Source: Cenarchaeum sp. (GTDB lineage: Archaea > Thermoproteota > Nitrososphaeria > Nitrososphaerales > Nitrosopumilaceae). Taken from it: a stretch of DNA of 64,000 bases. Location: positions 1,472,001-1,536,000 of the forward strand of contig CBDESU010000002.1 in the NCBI GenBank assembly GCA_965242695.1, in the 5' to 3' direction. Numbering within the stretch: position 1 is the stretch's first letter; each line of letters starts with the position of its first letter. The position numbers and the translations under genes were made by a program. Positions 21,265-31,698 of this stretch are shown here, piece after piece. The notes under the pieces are model-generated. The model ran no database searches and was not told where the DNA came from. It saw only the letters and a list, made by a program, of their open reading frames with translations.

Positions 21265-21869
21265 GCCGCCCCAGCCTCCGCCCGATGTGCCAAGTGCCGC
21301 CCCCGCCCGCGCTGGCCAGCGCTGGTGCGCGACTCCGATCCGCCGTCCGATGTGGATCCTGCCCGCTTCATCTGACCGTCCTCGTACTCCCTGCAGTAAA
21401 AACCCTCCGTGGCCGGCCCGGCGGGGGCCTAGTCCTGCGGGCTGCGGCCCGAACGCGCGGCCCCCCGTCGCCGTACGCGGCCGCTCTGCCGTGTCGGCGC
21501 CGGCGCGCAGCGCAGGCGCGCCCGCTCATGCTGCGCGGCCCCGCCGCAAAGGGGGGGGGGGGCGGACTCGCGGTGAAGGGCACTAGCTCCATGCCGCCAG
21601 AGTGCAGCTGCTGCCGCTCTAGGCCGTCGTACGAGCGGCGCAAAGCGGTTGAGGAGTGTGCGATGCGGCGTGTCGGGGCGGCGCGCAGGCTCGAGTCGGC
21701 CGTTATGAGGGAGATCGGCATGGGCGACAGCGCCGTGCAGGCGGCGTTCGGGCCGGCGTACGCGGGGGGCGGTTGCGGGGATCCGATGACGGCCAAGACG
21801 ACGCGGCGAGGCGCTCGAAAAAGCGCAATGCGGAGAAGTCCTAAAAGCCCAGGTCGCGTTAAGTGCCCC

Positions 21870-22034
21870 GGGCCGCTGGTGCGGGCCGCCGACATAGCCG
21901 CGTACATAATCCGCAAGCACTGCCTCGGTGACGACTTGTTCAACGACCTGTTCGTCGCCCTTGTGCAGTGCATGTGGCGGCAGGACGGCGTTCTTGAGGG
22001 GCACGGCATCAAGCACTATCCCGATCGTGGATAA
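21870..22034 (+). pseudogene. Orphan C-terminal fragment resembling DUF3800-family proteins
   Basis: LVRAADIAAYIIRKH...GHGIKHYP resembles the QxAD..AY...GxGLKxFP ending; no matching N-terminal part is visible. Confidence 0.4.
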
Positions 22035-22342
22035 CGTGGGGACGACGACACTGGATCCTTGAGCCGCCGTCCCCACGACTCGCGACTGCCCCGGTGCCGC
22101 CGGGTACGGCGGTCATGTGCTATCGCTCTCGCGCCGCCCATTCGCAGGCCCCTTGTCTGTGCCGCACACGGGGGACACATAAACGGCATGGACTGAAGGG
22201 CCGCGGCGCCTGCGGCGGCACGAATGCACGGGATGCGGCTTGGCCCCCTCCAAGATTCGCAGGCTCCTGCGGCCGTCGGCGGCGAAGTCGGCGCTCCCGC
22301 GCGGGCGCCGCGCCTAGGCAAGCCCTGCAGCCTCTGAGCGCG

Positions 22343-22924
22343 CTACGGCCCGCCGCTCCCGCCGCCCGCTCCCGCGGCCGGCAGCACGGCCACCGCGCCC
22401 CGCATCCACGGGTGCAGGGTGCAGTGGTACGCGACGGATCCCTCCTCGCCAAAGGAGACGGTAAACTCCTCTCCGGGATCCATGTGGCCGCTGTCGAACG
22501 CCCCGTCGGGGCTGCCGTACGCGCCGCTCGTGACGGTGTGGAACGCGACGTCGTCGTTGCGCCACGTCACGGAGCCGCCGGCGGACACCTCGACCGCGGC
22601 CGGGATGTAGCATGCGTCGTCCTCCTCGCACCCAGGCCTGGACGACTTGCTGGGCATGACCACGTCGGGCCCTCCTCCGCCGCCCTCCTGTCCCGCACTG
22701 TCGGGCTCGGCCGCCGCATGATCGGCAGACTCTGCCGCATGCCATTCCTCCGGCACCTCTGCGGGGCGCCCGGCAGGCTCTTCCACCCATGCGGTGCCCG
22801 CCGACAGGGCGGCAAGCGCAACTGCCGCGAGCGCCGCGAGCGCCCCTGCCGAGGACCATGCAGCGGCCCTTCCGGCCTCGCAGCCGCCGCCCCTCAAGAT
22901 CCGCCGCCCCCCAGGTGGTCCCAC
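22343..22924 (-). CDS. Blue-copper (plastocyanin/cupredoxin) domain protein
   Basis: GCEEDDACYIP, VTWRNDDVAFHTVTSG, YHCTLHPWMRG (H, C, H, M type-1 copper ligands); hydrophobic leader. Start uncertain. Confidence 0.9.
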   Translation of the reverse strand: MGPPGGRRILRGGGCEAGRAAAWSSAGALAALAAVALAALSAGTAWVEEPAGRPAEVPEEWHAAESADHAAAEPDSAGQEGGGGGPDVVMPSKSSRPGCEEDDACYIPAAVEVSAGGSVTWRNDDVAFHTVTSGAYGSPDGAFDSGHMDPGEEFTVSFGEEGSVAYHCTLHPWMRGAVAVLPAAGAGGGSGGP

Positions 22925-23880
22925 CCGCCGGCGATCTCGAGCGATTCGCCGCCCGCCTCGAGCCTGGCCCCTCCCCTGCCGTCCCTTTCCCCGACGATGC
23001 CGATCTCGGAGACGGGCGTCGCGGTCCTCCCGGCGACCGCCGCGATGCGGCGCCTGTCGGAGGGCCTCGCCGTGAATGCGATCTCGTACTCTTCGCCCCC
23101 TCCGAGGGCCAGCCGCCTGGCATCAAGCCCGTTGGCGGCGGCGAACCGCCCGAGGCCCGGCGCGAGCGGAATGCGGCCCACGGCGAACGGCGCGCCGCTG
23201 CTGCGCGACATCTCGGACAGCGCCGCCGACAGCCCGTCGCTCGTGTCCATCGACGAGGTGAACATGCGCGCGGCTGCCGCGCCGAACCGCGCCCTGCAGT
23301 GGGGGCTGTACACGGCCGCCGCGGCCGCGCGGGCGAACCGGCCGCTCGCCCTTGCCCCTCCCATGACTATGCGAAGGCCTGCCGACGTGAGCCCGAACGC
23401 CCCGGTGGCGAACACGATATCGCCCGCGCGCGCGCCTCCCCTGCCGGGCCACCTCCTCCGGCCGCCCCTCCCGGGCCGGGCCGGCGGCGCGCCGGCCAGG
23501 CACACCGTAATGGACAGCTCGGCGCCCCTGCCGGTGTCTCCCCCTGCGAACGAAAACCCGAGCTCGCCGGCGGCGCCCGCCAGCCCGCCTGCCAGGGCGG
23601 ACGCGTCGGGTGCGGTCGTGCCGGCAGGCAGCGACACCGAGACGAGCCCCGAGGCGGGCGCAAACCCCTTTGCGGCCAGGTCGCTTGCGCACGAGACGAC
23701 GCTCTTGCGCGCTGCCCTGCGAAGCCCCATTCCGGGCGGCACATCGGTGCCGGCCGAGAGCGTGTCGACGCACCAGCATGCGGCGCCGGCCGGCAGCGCC
23801 TCGGCATCGTCGGGCGCGCCGCGCACGCCGAGCCTCCTGCGGAAGATCCTAACGATCTCCGCCTCGCTTGGCAGTCTCAT
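22894..23880 (-). CDS. thiL: Thiamine-monophosphate kinase
   Basis: SEAEIV, DDA, SDLAAKG, GGDT, SMDTSDGL, GGEEYE. Confidence 0.92.
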   Translation of the reverse strand: MRLPSEAEIVRIFRRRLGVRGAPDDAEALPAGAACWCVDTLSAGTDVPPGMGLRRAARKSVVSCASDLAAKGFAPASGLVSVSLPAGTTAPDASALAGGLAGAAGELGFSFAGGDTGRGAELSITVCLAGAPPARPGRGGRRRWPGRGGARAGDIVFATGAFGLTSAGLRIVMGGARASGRFARAAAAAVYSPHCRARFGAAAARMFTSSMDTSDGLSAALSEMSRSSGAPFAVGRIPLAPGLGRFAAANGLDARRLALGGGEEYEIAFTARPSDRRRIAAVAGRTATPVSEIGIVGERDGRGGARLEAGGESLEIAGGWDHLGGGGS

Positions 23881-25273
23881 ACGATGCGGCCACCGCCTCC
23901 GAGGCCTCCCCGAGCAGCATGCGCGCCTTTTCCGCGTCGCGCGCCTCGGCCGAGACGCGCACGGCGTCCTCGGTGTTCGATCCCCTTGCCATGACCCAGT
24001 GGCCGTCCCCGATCCACTTTACGCCGTCGATTCTGACGGACTCGGTAAAGCGCCCGCCGATGCGCGCATCCGCAAGCTCGAGTATCCTCGCATGCAGGGC
24101 AGAGTCTGCCGGCACCTTTGCGCGCGCCTGCGCGTGGCCGGCCATGATTCGGGATGCGGCCCTGCCGACGGCCGCCCCTCCGCCTGCCCCCGCCGACGCG
24201 GCGATCATGCCGGCCGCGAGTATCCCGTCGCGGCACCCGTTGAACGAGCGCAGTATGAAGCCGGCGCTGCTCCCCTCGCCGCCTGCCTCGGCCCCGCGGG
24301 CGTCCATCTCGGCGACGACGTTGGCCTCGCCGACCCTCGAGCGCCACACGCGCCCGCCGGCGCCGAGCACGAGCGACTCGGCCGCGCCCGTGGTGTCGAT
24401 GCTCAGGACAAACCGGCGGCAGCCGGCCTCCAGGGCCGCCGCGACGCCGAGGCACAGGGTCGCATCCGGCGAGAGGGCGCGCGGCCGGCCGCCGCCCTCG
24501 CCTGGGACGACGACGACGACGCGGTCGCCGTCGAGGTCGAACGCAAAGCCGGTGCGGTTCCCGGACGCGCAGGCCGCCTCGAGCGCGGGGAGGCTCCCGG
24601 CGGTCGGGTCGGGGCCGCGGTCGGACCCGTTCGGCTCTGCGTTGATCACCTGCGTGTCGCACCCGATCCGGTGCAGGATGCCGGGCGCTACGCCTGCCGC
24701 CGCGCCTCCGCCTGCGTCGACGACGGCCGCGCCGGCGCCTGCCGTCCCTCCGCACGCGGAGCGGCGGATCGCCTCGAGCGCGGCATCCGCATAGTCCGAC
24801 TCGGCCTCCCTCAGGGAGCCGAACGCGGGCGGGGGAGGGGCGGACGCTCCGGGACGCGGCCCGCCGGCCGCTTCCTCCCCTCCGACTCCCTTCCCGGCGC
24901 GGGCGTTTGCCCCCGCGGCGATCCCGGACATCTCGGCCGCGGTCGCGCCCCGCCCGCCGACGGCGAACTTGAGGCCGTTCCACCCGAGGGGGTTGTGCGA
25001 GGCGGTCACGACGACGCCCCTTCCGGCCCGGCGCGCCTCGTAGAACGCGACCGGCGTGGGGGCCACGCCGAGGCCGCGCACGTCGGCTCCCGACGCCAGC
25101 ATGGCCGATACGGCGGCGTCGTACAGGGCGGCCCCGCTAGGCCGCGTGTCGCGCGCGACGGCGCACGGCGCATCCCCCGTCGCGGCAGCAAACGAGGCGC
25201 AGTAGCGCATCACCGTGTCGGCGCCGAGCTCGGCGCCTGCCAGCCCCCTCACGCCCGACACCGAGACCTTCAA
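23849..25273 (-). CDS. Phosphomannomutase/phosphoglucomutase family phosphohexomutase
   Basis: SGVRG, RDTRPSG, TASHNP, FDLDGDR, GGEGSS, RGSNTE. Confidence 0.92.
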   Translation of the reverse strand: MKVSVSGVRGLAGAELGADTVMRYCASFAAATGDAPCAVARDTRPSGAALYDAAVSAMLASGADVRGLGVAPTPVAFYEARRAGRGVVVTASHNPLGWNGLKFAVGGRGATAAEMSGIAAGANARAGKGVGGEEAAGGPRPGASAPPPPAFGSLREAESDYADAALEAIRRSACGGTAGAGAAVVDAGGGAAAGVAPGILHRIGCDTQVINAEPNGSDRGPDPTAGSLPALEAACASGNRTGFAFDLDGDRVVVVVPGEGGGRPRALSPDATLCLGVAAALEAGCRRFVLSIDTTGAAESLVLGAGGRVWRSRVGEANVVAEMDARGAEAGGEGSSAGFILRSFNGCRDGILAAGMIAASAGAGGGAAVGRAASRIMAGHAQARAKVPADSALHARILELADARIGGRFTESVRIDGVKWIGDGHWVMARGSNTEDAVRVSAEARDAEKARMLLGEASEAVAASYETAKRGGDR

Positions 25274-25324
25274 CGCGCACGAAACGCGGTATGTTTTTAT
25301 TAACCAACCGTGCAGGCGGCACGC

Positions 25325-25398
25325 GCCTCGGTAGCTCAGTCCGGCAGAGCGAGCGCTTCGTAAGCGCTAGGTCGTGGGTTCAGATCCCACTCGGGGCT
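25325..25398 (+). tRNA. tRNA-Thr(CGT)
   Basis: GCCTCGG/TCGGGGC acceptor stem, anticodon arm AGCGC-TTCGTAA-GCGCT, T-arm GTGGG-TTCAGAT-CCCAC, upstream TTTTTATTAA box. Confidence 0.96.
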
Positions 25399-26541
25399 TT
25401 ATCGTTCCGCCTATGCGGGCCGGCGCCCGGGTGGGGGATGCTAGGCGGCCCGCACACTTTCCGCCGTGATGCGCCGGGTCGGCGCGGCCCTCGGGCATAC
25501 ATGCGTTGCAGCGCGATGCGCCGCGGCCGGTCCGCGGAGGCCTGCGCCTCTCGTTCCCTTGCCGCGGTGGGTCAGTGGCCTGTAGGCGGTGCGGCCGACT
25601 CGACGTCGTCTTACAGCCCGTCGGGGGTGGTGTCGAAATTCTACAGTTTGAGGATGCCTGCCATGACGGCCACATGGACACACCTGCAGACCCTCTGTCG
25701 TTCTTCCGGCGCGGGGCGTGGGCTCGGTTGTGGGGCATAGATGAAAGCGGTGGGCTACACCGTGCGAGAATGCCAGATTTTGGCTCGCACCGGGGGCGAC
25801 ATGGTCAGTTTTTTATGGGTGTGGATTTGACGCCCATACCCATCCTGTCTCTTATGCATGTATCGCTGACTACGACGATGCGTAATCGCGTCTGACCGGG
25901 ACATTTGTAGTTCTGTGCTTGAAAAGCTGTAACGGCAGGTGTTATGTGGTGCAGTTTTCTCCCGGTCTATTGACATTGGTGCACACGACAACCTACAACT
26001 GCGGTTTGGTCTAATCCAATCCAATAAAGCGAAATGTGCATCTTCTAGGGTCGGCGTATGTCAATTCTGGTGCCAGGGCAATTGCCGTGCCCCGCCTATG
26101 GTTCTTGAGTAGACGTGTCAACCTTGTCGTTACTGTAACTTTGCCGCACTCCATTACTTGGTGACTGCCATGCAAGCTGTGGAACATCTAGGAATCTTCC
26201 GACATAGATTCACATATTGAAACACAAAAGCATTCGTAGTCATGCCACAAAGTCTTTGCAATGACAAACCGGAGGCACCTACGGCGGTACTCTGATTGAC
26301 CCTTAAAATAGGGCATCGGACGCTAGGTATACATGGTACACATTGCAAAAACTTTTTGGCGTGACTACGGATATATGTGAAGAACAGAGGCGAGGTCTAG
26401 TGACGTCAGTCTCTGTTCTAGCTTTGACTCACCTGTCACCGTCACGGCCAGATACAAAACAGGGTAGCGATGCAACAGAATCCATGAAAAAGATCGCACT
26501 ATCGCTGCATGCTGGCATGGTGTGAGCACTGTCACAGGTAG

Positions 26542-27069
26542 TCAAACAGATTGCCGCGTTTGTATACATGCGCCTTTTCGAATAACGAACATTTCCGCTC
26601 GTGCCAAAAGCGCAACGTGGAGAATCTGCTCATTCTCGAATCTGTGCACCTCGATTCGCCTGTTGCTTATGTCTGACCACGACAGTTCGGAGATGGACGA
26701 TTCGGCATCATCCACCTCGTCAAACACCACGCAGTCTCCAATCTTGTCCACCATGCTAGGATCTTCAGCTACGTACGCGAGTTCGCGGACTACACCATGA
26801 CGCATTCCTTTTGTGGTAAAAAACATAAAATTGACATCCGACTGTAACAGGTGTCTCTTGCTGGCCGTGAGCGGATCACTGCCCGTGGCCGGATCGTCCG
26901 ATACTAGGCGAGCGCGAACATATCCGTTGTCGCGAAGAAAGTCCCTCTGCCGTGCCAGGAAGCGCTTCTCTAGAGGTGGCTGGTACGACCCATACAGTGT
27001 AATGTTCATGCGGCTCCTTATGGACAGCGCGTCCCCGATGTCTCCTACCCTCCGCAACCATCCGCTCAC
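26542..27069 (-). CDS. Hypothetical protein, possible nucleoside-2-deoxyribosyltransferase/TIR-like flavodoxin fold
   Basis: ITLYGSY...RDFLRDNGY...SDVNFMFF...GVVRELAY pattern. Confidence 0.55.
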   Translation of the reverse strand: MSGWLRRVGDIGDALSIRSRMNITLYGSYQPPLEKRFLARQRDFLRDNGYVRARLVSDDPATGSDPLTASKRHLLQSDVNFMFFTTKGMRHGVVRELAYVAEDPSMVDKIGDCVVFDEVDDAESSISELSWSDISNRRIEVHRFENEQILHVALLARAEMFVIRKGACIQTRQSV

Positions 27070-27090
27070 GGCTAGCGACGCGCGGGCAAC

Positions 27091-27098
27091 TATTATAA
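27091..27098. promoter_or_regulatory. Shared TATA element between divergent genes
   Basis: TATTATAA in the 63-bp gap between the starts at 27069 (-) and 27133 (+). Confidence 0.5.
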
Positions 27099-27132
27099 GG
27101 TATGTATGTGCGCGGCGCTACTAGAGTACGAA

Positions 27133-27573
27133 ATGAGCAACACGGCATCGATGGAGTATGCAGATAGGATCCCCTTGGCGGTCAAGGCAGGCTTCAAAGG
27201 CCTGGCCGACGACGTCTCACTCGGCATAGCCGTAGCCCTCATGGAAGATGGCAACATGACGTTCTCGGAGATGAAGTCGAAGTTCGGACTTGACTCGAGT
27301 ACTCTCAGCCGACACCTAGCTGCGCTACAAAGAGGGGATCTTGTGCGCAACTACTATGAGAAGCGTAACGGGAGGCCCTATTCCTACTATGAGGCGACTA
27401 ACTTGCCCGGCGTGCTGCTGAACGCGGTGTATATCGCGTTGCGCGAAGAGGCGGAGGCGAAGAGATCATCGACTCCAAAGCGATCAGGATCCACTACGGC
27501 CACGGTGCGGAACACAACCGCGCCTGCCTCTGCGTCAGAGCTAACGCAGGCCACCGGTGCTGGTCATGAATAG
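27133..27573 (+). CDS. ArsR-family winged-helix regulator
   Basis: MTFSEMKSKFGLDSSTLSRHLAALQRGDLV...YSYYEAT. Confidence 0.85.
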   Translation: MSNTASMEYADRIPLAVKAGFKGLADDVSLGIAVALMEDGNMTFSEMKSKFGLDSSTLSRHLAALQRGDLVRNYYEKRNGRPYSYYEATNLPGVLLNAVYIALREEAEAKRSSTPKRSGSTTATVRNTTAPASASELTQATGAGHE

Positions 27574-27779
27574 TGGCCGAAGTGTACCCACGCGAGCCAA
27601 TCCAAATCCGACCAAAACCTCCTCTGTCAATCGCGGCGTACCAATATAAGATGTCTTAGGTAATGGGAAGTGGGGCGGACGGTATAGTTTACACGGAAAG
27701 TGGAAAGTCCAGCGTGAAAATTGCCGCGGTACATTGGCCGCTTTATCTACACGGCGACACGGATTCAGCATGACTCTGT

Positions 27780-28511
27780 CTATGCCCACATCGATCGGGT
27801 TGATGTTAGAATAACAGTGGCGGGGATTGTAGCCGTAGGTTGCCGATACCATATAGAGCTGTCGGATTGGGTGTTGGTTTTTTCAGGATCACTATTTTGC
27901 AGGGGCTCGGGCGCCGCAATCGCATTGCCAAAACTCCTATATTTCTCGGGATCTAGAAACAATGGCGCACCAAATGCGCCGAAATGTGCGGTTTGGCGCG
28001 TTTTTCCTCCCCAAAACGGCCCGCAGTGTGGCAACGGTGGCGGCTCAGCGGGGCAATTTGCAGGCGGCGATGCGAAGGGCCGCCGAGCATTATGCTGCTC
28101 CGCCAGCCGCGCCAGCAGGTCTGTGCGGCCGGCCGAATCAAGGCGGAGCATCCGGTCTGCGACAATACACATCCATTCGAACATGCCGTGCCGGGTCAGG
28201 ACGTTGCGCCAGCTGTGCTGCCACTTTTTCCTCTTGTGGCCGCGACCCTCGCCCGCGCGGTGGCCCTCCTCCCCTCCCGTTCCTGGGTAGTTATCCGCAA
28301 AAGAGCTGACCGCAGGCAAAAAATTGTTGACCACTGTGGGGTACAAGGACGGCCGTGACAGGCGGCAATGGCGGAAGAAAGGTGCGTCGTCCGAAGCATC
28401 ATGGGGTGCAAGTACGAAAGAATGCCCGCATTCAAGTGGCTCACCGTCGAACGCGGCATGCGCGTGTCGGGCCATAGCGGCCAAGATGGCAGGATGCGGT
28501 TTAGGGCGCAA
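27780..28511 (-). CDS. Hypothetical protein, possibly a gene remnant
   Basis: 243-aa ORF in lower-GC DNA; N-terminal ~145 aa look protein-like, tail does not; no family recognised. Confidence 0.3.
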   Translation of the reverse strand: MRPKPHPAILAAMARHAHAAFDGEPLECGHSFVLAPHDASDDAPFFRHCRLSRPSLYPTVVNNFLPAVSSFADNYPGTGGEEGHRAGEGRGHKRKKWQHSWRNVLTRHGMFEWMCIVADRMLRLDSAGRTDLLARLAEQHNARRPFASPPANCPAEPPPLPHCGPFWGGKTRQTAHFGAFGAPLFLDPEKYRSFGNAIAAPEPLQNSDPEKTNTQSDSSIWYRQPTATIPATVILTSTRSMWA

Positions 28512-28822
28512 ACATAACCGGAAATCGAGGAGACGCCCAGAACATACTGTTCGAGGTCTTTACATGGATATGTCGCTTGGCTGCGTGGCTAGGGACGAGA
28601 GCGATACAAAAGGCATTATAGCAAGGTAGTGCCCGCGATGTAGGGGTGCAATGATGTAGCAGGCAACGCGGGTCGTTCAGCGCTAGCCCGTCATGCTCCG
28701 TATGCGGGCGCAGATGATGAGGCCCACCTTAGATCCGGGCGCCGCCTGCCAGACTGCCCGTATGCCATGCGGCGCCGGCTTGGCTGTGGACCATGGGCCC
28801 TGCCACGACTCTCGCACACTTT

Positions 28823-29053
28823 CTATCTCCCTGATGCGCCGTCGATGCCGGCATCGCCGCCGCTACCGCTGTCCTCTCTGACTGCCCTCTCCCTCCTGTA
28901 CTTGCGCAGGATCACGATGGCCAGCGTGCCGGCCGCGCAGCTCCAGAAGACGTGCCATTGTAGATCGTGGCCATGCATCCCGACGAACGAGTATATCGTC
29001 CCGCCTATGAGCGCAAGCCCAACAAGCTCCAGCGCCTTGGTGCCCGCGCCCAT
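28823..29053 (-). CDS. Small two-TM membrane protein
   Basis: Two hydrophobic segments and a basic tail; divergent TATA region at ~29074-29082. Confidence 0.7.
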   Translation of the reverse strand: MGAGTKALELVGLALIGGTIYSFVGMHGHDLQWHVFWSCAAGTLAIVILRKYRRERAVREDSGSGGDAGIDGASGR

Positions 29054-29104
29054 GCCCGCGGGCCGCCCAAAAAGTATAATATCGTTTTGCGGCAGGCTCC
29101 GCGC

Positions 29105-29299
29105 GTGGACAAGTACCTGCTCGTCGTAATGATGCTCCTCATTGGGGGGATGGTCATTGGGATCACGCAGGTGCCGCCACGCCTAGAGCTGTTCTACGGT
29201 GGGCTTGCCGGTGCGCTCATCGTAATCGGATACTCGACCTACAAGAATCGCAAGGAACGCCAGGCCGAGCGCAGGGCCCGGCGCAGGTCGCGCAGGTGA
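29105..29299 (+). CDS. Small two-TM membrane protein with basic tail
   Basis: MDKYLLVVMMLLIGGMVIG...YKNRKERQAERRARRRSRR. Confidence 0.75.
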   Translation: MDKYLLVVMMLLIGGMVIGITQVPPRLELFYGGLAGALIVIGYSTYKNRKERQAERRARRRSRR

Positions 29300-29635
29300 C
29301 GGCGCGCAGCGCCTCTGCCGGCGCGCCGCCGGCCGCGCCTCCGCGCCGGCGCGTCGACTTCTAGGTACCACGGCGGCCCGCAACGGGACCGCCAGCTGCT
29401 AGGCGGTGGGGGCGCGTTGTGCCTGCGCACGGCCTCCGCGCCACCCGCATGGGCCGGTCCTGCCGCTGGTTCCAAAGCACCGCGTTCTGGATTCCGTCCC
29501 GTTGCCCTGCGGCCCTGCCGTGCCGGTGGGGGCGGGGAGGTGGCCCGACTGCCGCCCGGCGCTCCCTGCGGACGCTTGCAGGCGCCCCGCACGCGCGGCG
29601 CGCCGTCAGAAACAGCAGGGCGGCGATCCAGCCGC

Positions 29636-29917
29636 CTAGAGCTCCAGCCCGAACGACTCTGCGATGCTCGAAAAGTTGCGGTACGACTCTAGGTACTGCC
29701 TCCCGCGTGCGGTAATGACGTACGTGTGCTTGCCGTCGTACTCGATCTTGTTCATGAGGCCGGCGCCGATCAGGTTGTCGACAAAGTCTGACAGCCTAGA
29801 GTGGGAGAGGTTGGCCTTTGCGAGGAGTGACGTGGTCTTGATGCCGTCCCTGCCAGAGTCCTGCGCCGCCTCGAGTAGGTCTGCGACGATCTTTGGTCTC
29901 GTCCTGTTGGAGGCCAT
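29636..29917 (-). CDS. Winged-helix transcription regulator (HTH_45-like)
   Basis: RTRPKIVADLL...TTSLLAKANLSHSRLSDFVDNL...YVITARGRQYL; TTATAA box upstream. Confidence 0.88.
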   Translation of the reverse strand: MASNRTRPKIVADLLEAAQDSGRDGIKTTSLLAKANLSHSRLSDFVDNLIGAGLMNKIEYDGKHTYVITARGRQYLESYRNFSSIAESFGLEL

Positions 29918-30087
29918 GCCGGCGCCGTCCCTCAATACGTTATAAGGATAACCCGTAGCCGCCCCCTTTTGACGGCCGCGACAGGCGCATGCGGCGGGCG
30001 GAGGGGGAAGCGCGCCGTCAATGCCCCGAACGGGCGCCTGGCGCGCGGCCAGGGCGCCCCCTGGCCGACTGTGGCCGATCGGATGCC

Positions 30088-30196
30088 GTGCGGCAGCCTT
30101 GGGGGTCCTGCGGCAGAGCTGCCCTCCGGCGCCCCGACCGGCCAAAGTTTGCCCCGACGTGCGGCAGCCTTGGGGGTCCTGCGGCAGAGCTGCCCT
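30088..30196. repeat. 38-bp direct repeat, two copies (gtgcggcagccttgggggtcctgcggcagagctgccct)
   Basis: Identical copies at ~30088 and ~30159. Confidence 0.85.
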
Positions 30197-30631
30197 GTCC
30201 TTGCCCCCCCTCCCCACATGACTGCAAACCGTGCCAAGGAACCTGCCCTGCCAGGCGCGGCCGCCGCCGCCTGCGTGCATGCCGCGAGGCCGGCAGGTCA
30301 GATCCCTCTGGGCCGCTTTGCGGCGGCTCGATCCCTGCCCGGCCGGATGGACATCTAGGACGCGCGGCCGCCGCCTTCGGCCCCCTGCTAGACGCCGCCC
30401 GTGCCGTCCCGGGACGCCGCCCTGCGGCCCTGTCCGTCCGGTGGCATGCGATCCCTGCGCAAGGCGGCCGATCATGCCCGCCCCAGCCGGGGCGGGCCCG
30501 CGCGCCGCCGTTCGCATCCGCGCTCATGTCGCCGACATTGGCTCGCCCTCGGCAGCCCGCCGGGGCGGGCCCGCGCGCCGCCGTTCGCACCCCTTGAATC
30601 ATTTAAAGCGCAAGCCGCTCCGGCCGGCCGC

Positions 30632-31381
30632 ATGGTAACGCCCGGCCTTGGCAAGCTGGCAAGGCACCTCTTGAACACGGAGTGGCGGAGGCCGGTCGGC
30701 GGCGCGGATGCGCAGCGCGCCGCCCGGGCCGGCGGCGCGGATGCGCAGCGCGCCGCCACGTGGCGCGACGACTTTCTCGGCGTTGCGTACAGGTACTACG
30801 ACCTGCGCATGAACGTCGTGCCCCTGTTCGCCGAGCGCGCCCCCGCAGTCGATCTGTGGACCGGCGTGATACGAAACTGGATAGATCCGACCATTCGGCT
30901 CAGGTTCGTAGAGTCGGGCGACCGCTACTGGTTCGTCCTTGCGGCCGAGACGCGCGATCCGTACAACAACGTCTCGCTGTACAAGGTCCTGCCCATCTCC
31001 GAGCACTACGAGCGGTTCAAGGGCGGCCACGAGGGGACCGCGTACCTGCGCCTCGGCATCCACGCAAAAAAGCACTTTGACGACGTCAAGGACGATGCGC
31101 TGTGCAACTGCGGCCACGCCCGCGAGGACCACGACGACGGCGAGGATGAGGCTGCGGCGGGGCCGGCCGCCCGCGGCGAGGACGGATCCCTCCTGCACGA
31201 CTGCCTGTACGAGGGGTGCGACTGCGCAGGCTTTGTGAGCTTTCAGGTCACGCTCCTGAGGAAGAAAAAGACGCTCACCGACATTGCGTTCCTGACGGAG
31301 GAAGAGGCAAAGGACGACGCGCTTGCGTGGAACTGCCTCAACGCCAACAAGTACTCTGCGGGGCGCGCGGCGCCTGGCTAG
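30632..31381 (+). CDS. Hypothetical protein with Cys/His cluster
   Basis: Good coding composition; CNCGH...H...HDCLYEGCDC; TTTAAA box ~25 nt upstream; internal GGADAQRAA duplication. Confidence 0.8.
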   Translation: MVTPGLGKLARHLLNTEWRRPVGGADAQRAARAGGADAQRAATWRDDFLGVAYRYYDLRMNVVPLFAERAPAVDLWTGVIRNWIDPTIRLRFVESGDRYWFVLAAETRDPYNNVSLYKVLPISEHYERFKGGHEGTAYLRLGIHAKKHFDDVKDDALCNCGHAREDHDDGEDEAAAGPAARGEDGSLLHDCLYEGCDCAGFVSFQVTLLRKKKTLTDIAFLTEEEAKDDALAWNCLNANKYSAGRAAPG

Positions 31382-31698
31382 GGCGCGGAGTCGCCGCCGC
31401 TGCCTCCGCCGGCCCCGCCGGATGGCGGCCCTCCGGCCCCGCGGCTGTCGGGCCCGCCGCCTGCTCCGTCCCCGGCCCCCTTGGGCCCGCCGCCTGCTCC
31501 GTCCCCGGCCCCCTTGGGCCCGCCTCCGCCCCCTCTCCCGCCGTCCTGCGATCCCATCCTGACATGCTCGCCGGGGTAGAACTCACCGATCAGCCTTGAA
31601 TAGCAGTCGCCGCACAGGGGGCCCTTCATATTCCACTCCCTCATGGGGATGTACCTGCGCTCCAGCTTGGCCTCGCAGGCGGCGCACTTTTCGTCCAC
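31378..31698 (-). CDS. Small zinc-finger protein with Gly-rich tail
   Basis: CAAC...[16 protein letters not shown]; TTTTTATA box upstream. Confidence 0.75.
   Translation of the reverse strand: MDEKCAACEAKLERRYIPMREWNMKGPLCGDCYSRLIGEFYPGEHVRMGSQDGGRGGGGGPKGAGDGAGGGPKGAGDGAGGGPDSRGAGGPPSGGAGGGSGGDSAP

Larger units (their letters stand above)
18921..21870 (+). repeat. Imperfect ~85-bp direct repeats at ~18921-19005 and ~21786-21870, flanking the ATPase operon
   Basis: gatg-cggccaagacg-cgc-gcgaggcgc-cgaaaaagcgcaatgcgga...cccag-tcgcg-taagt at both sites. Confidence 0.85.

Noticed and set aside
22094-25303. 1069-aa + strand ORF and many similar long Arg/Ala/Pro-rich ORFs (e.g. 33658-35613, 4120-6060, 49008-50486)
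   Set aside because: Antisense or off-frame shadows of recognisable genes in GC-rich DNA with few stop codons; no motifs.
18000-28700. Intact provirus or integrative element at tRNA-Cys or tRNA-Thr
   Set aside because: No integrase, no duplicated tRNA 3' end and no viral structural genes seen; core genes lie between the islets.
30088-30196. Repeat-spacer-repeat as a CRISPR array
   Set aside because: Only two copies, GC-rich, no AT-rich leader and no cas genes in the window.
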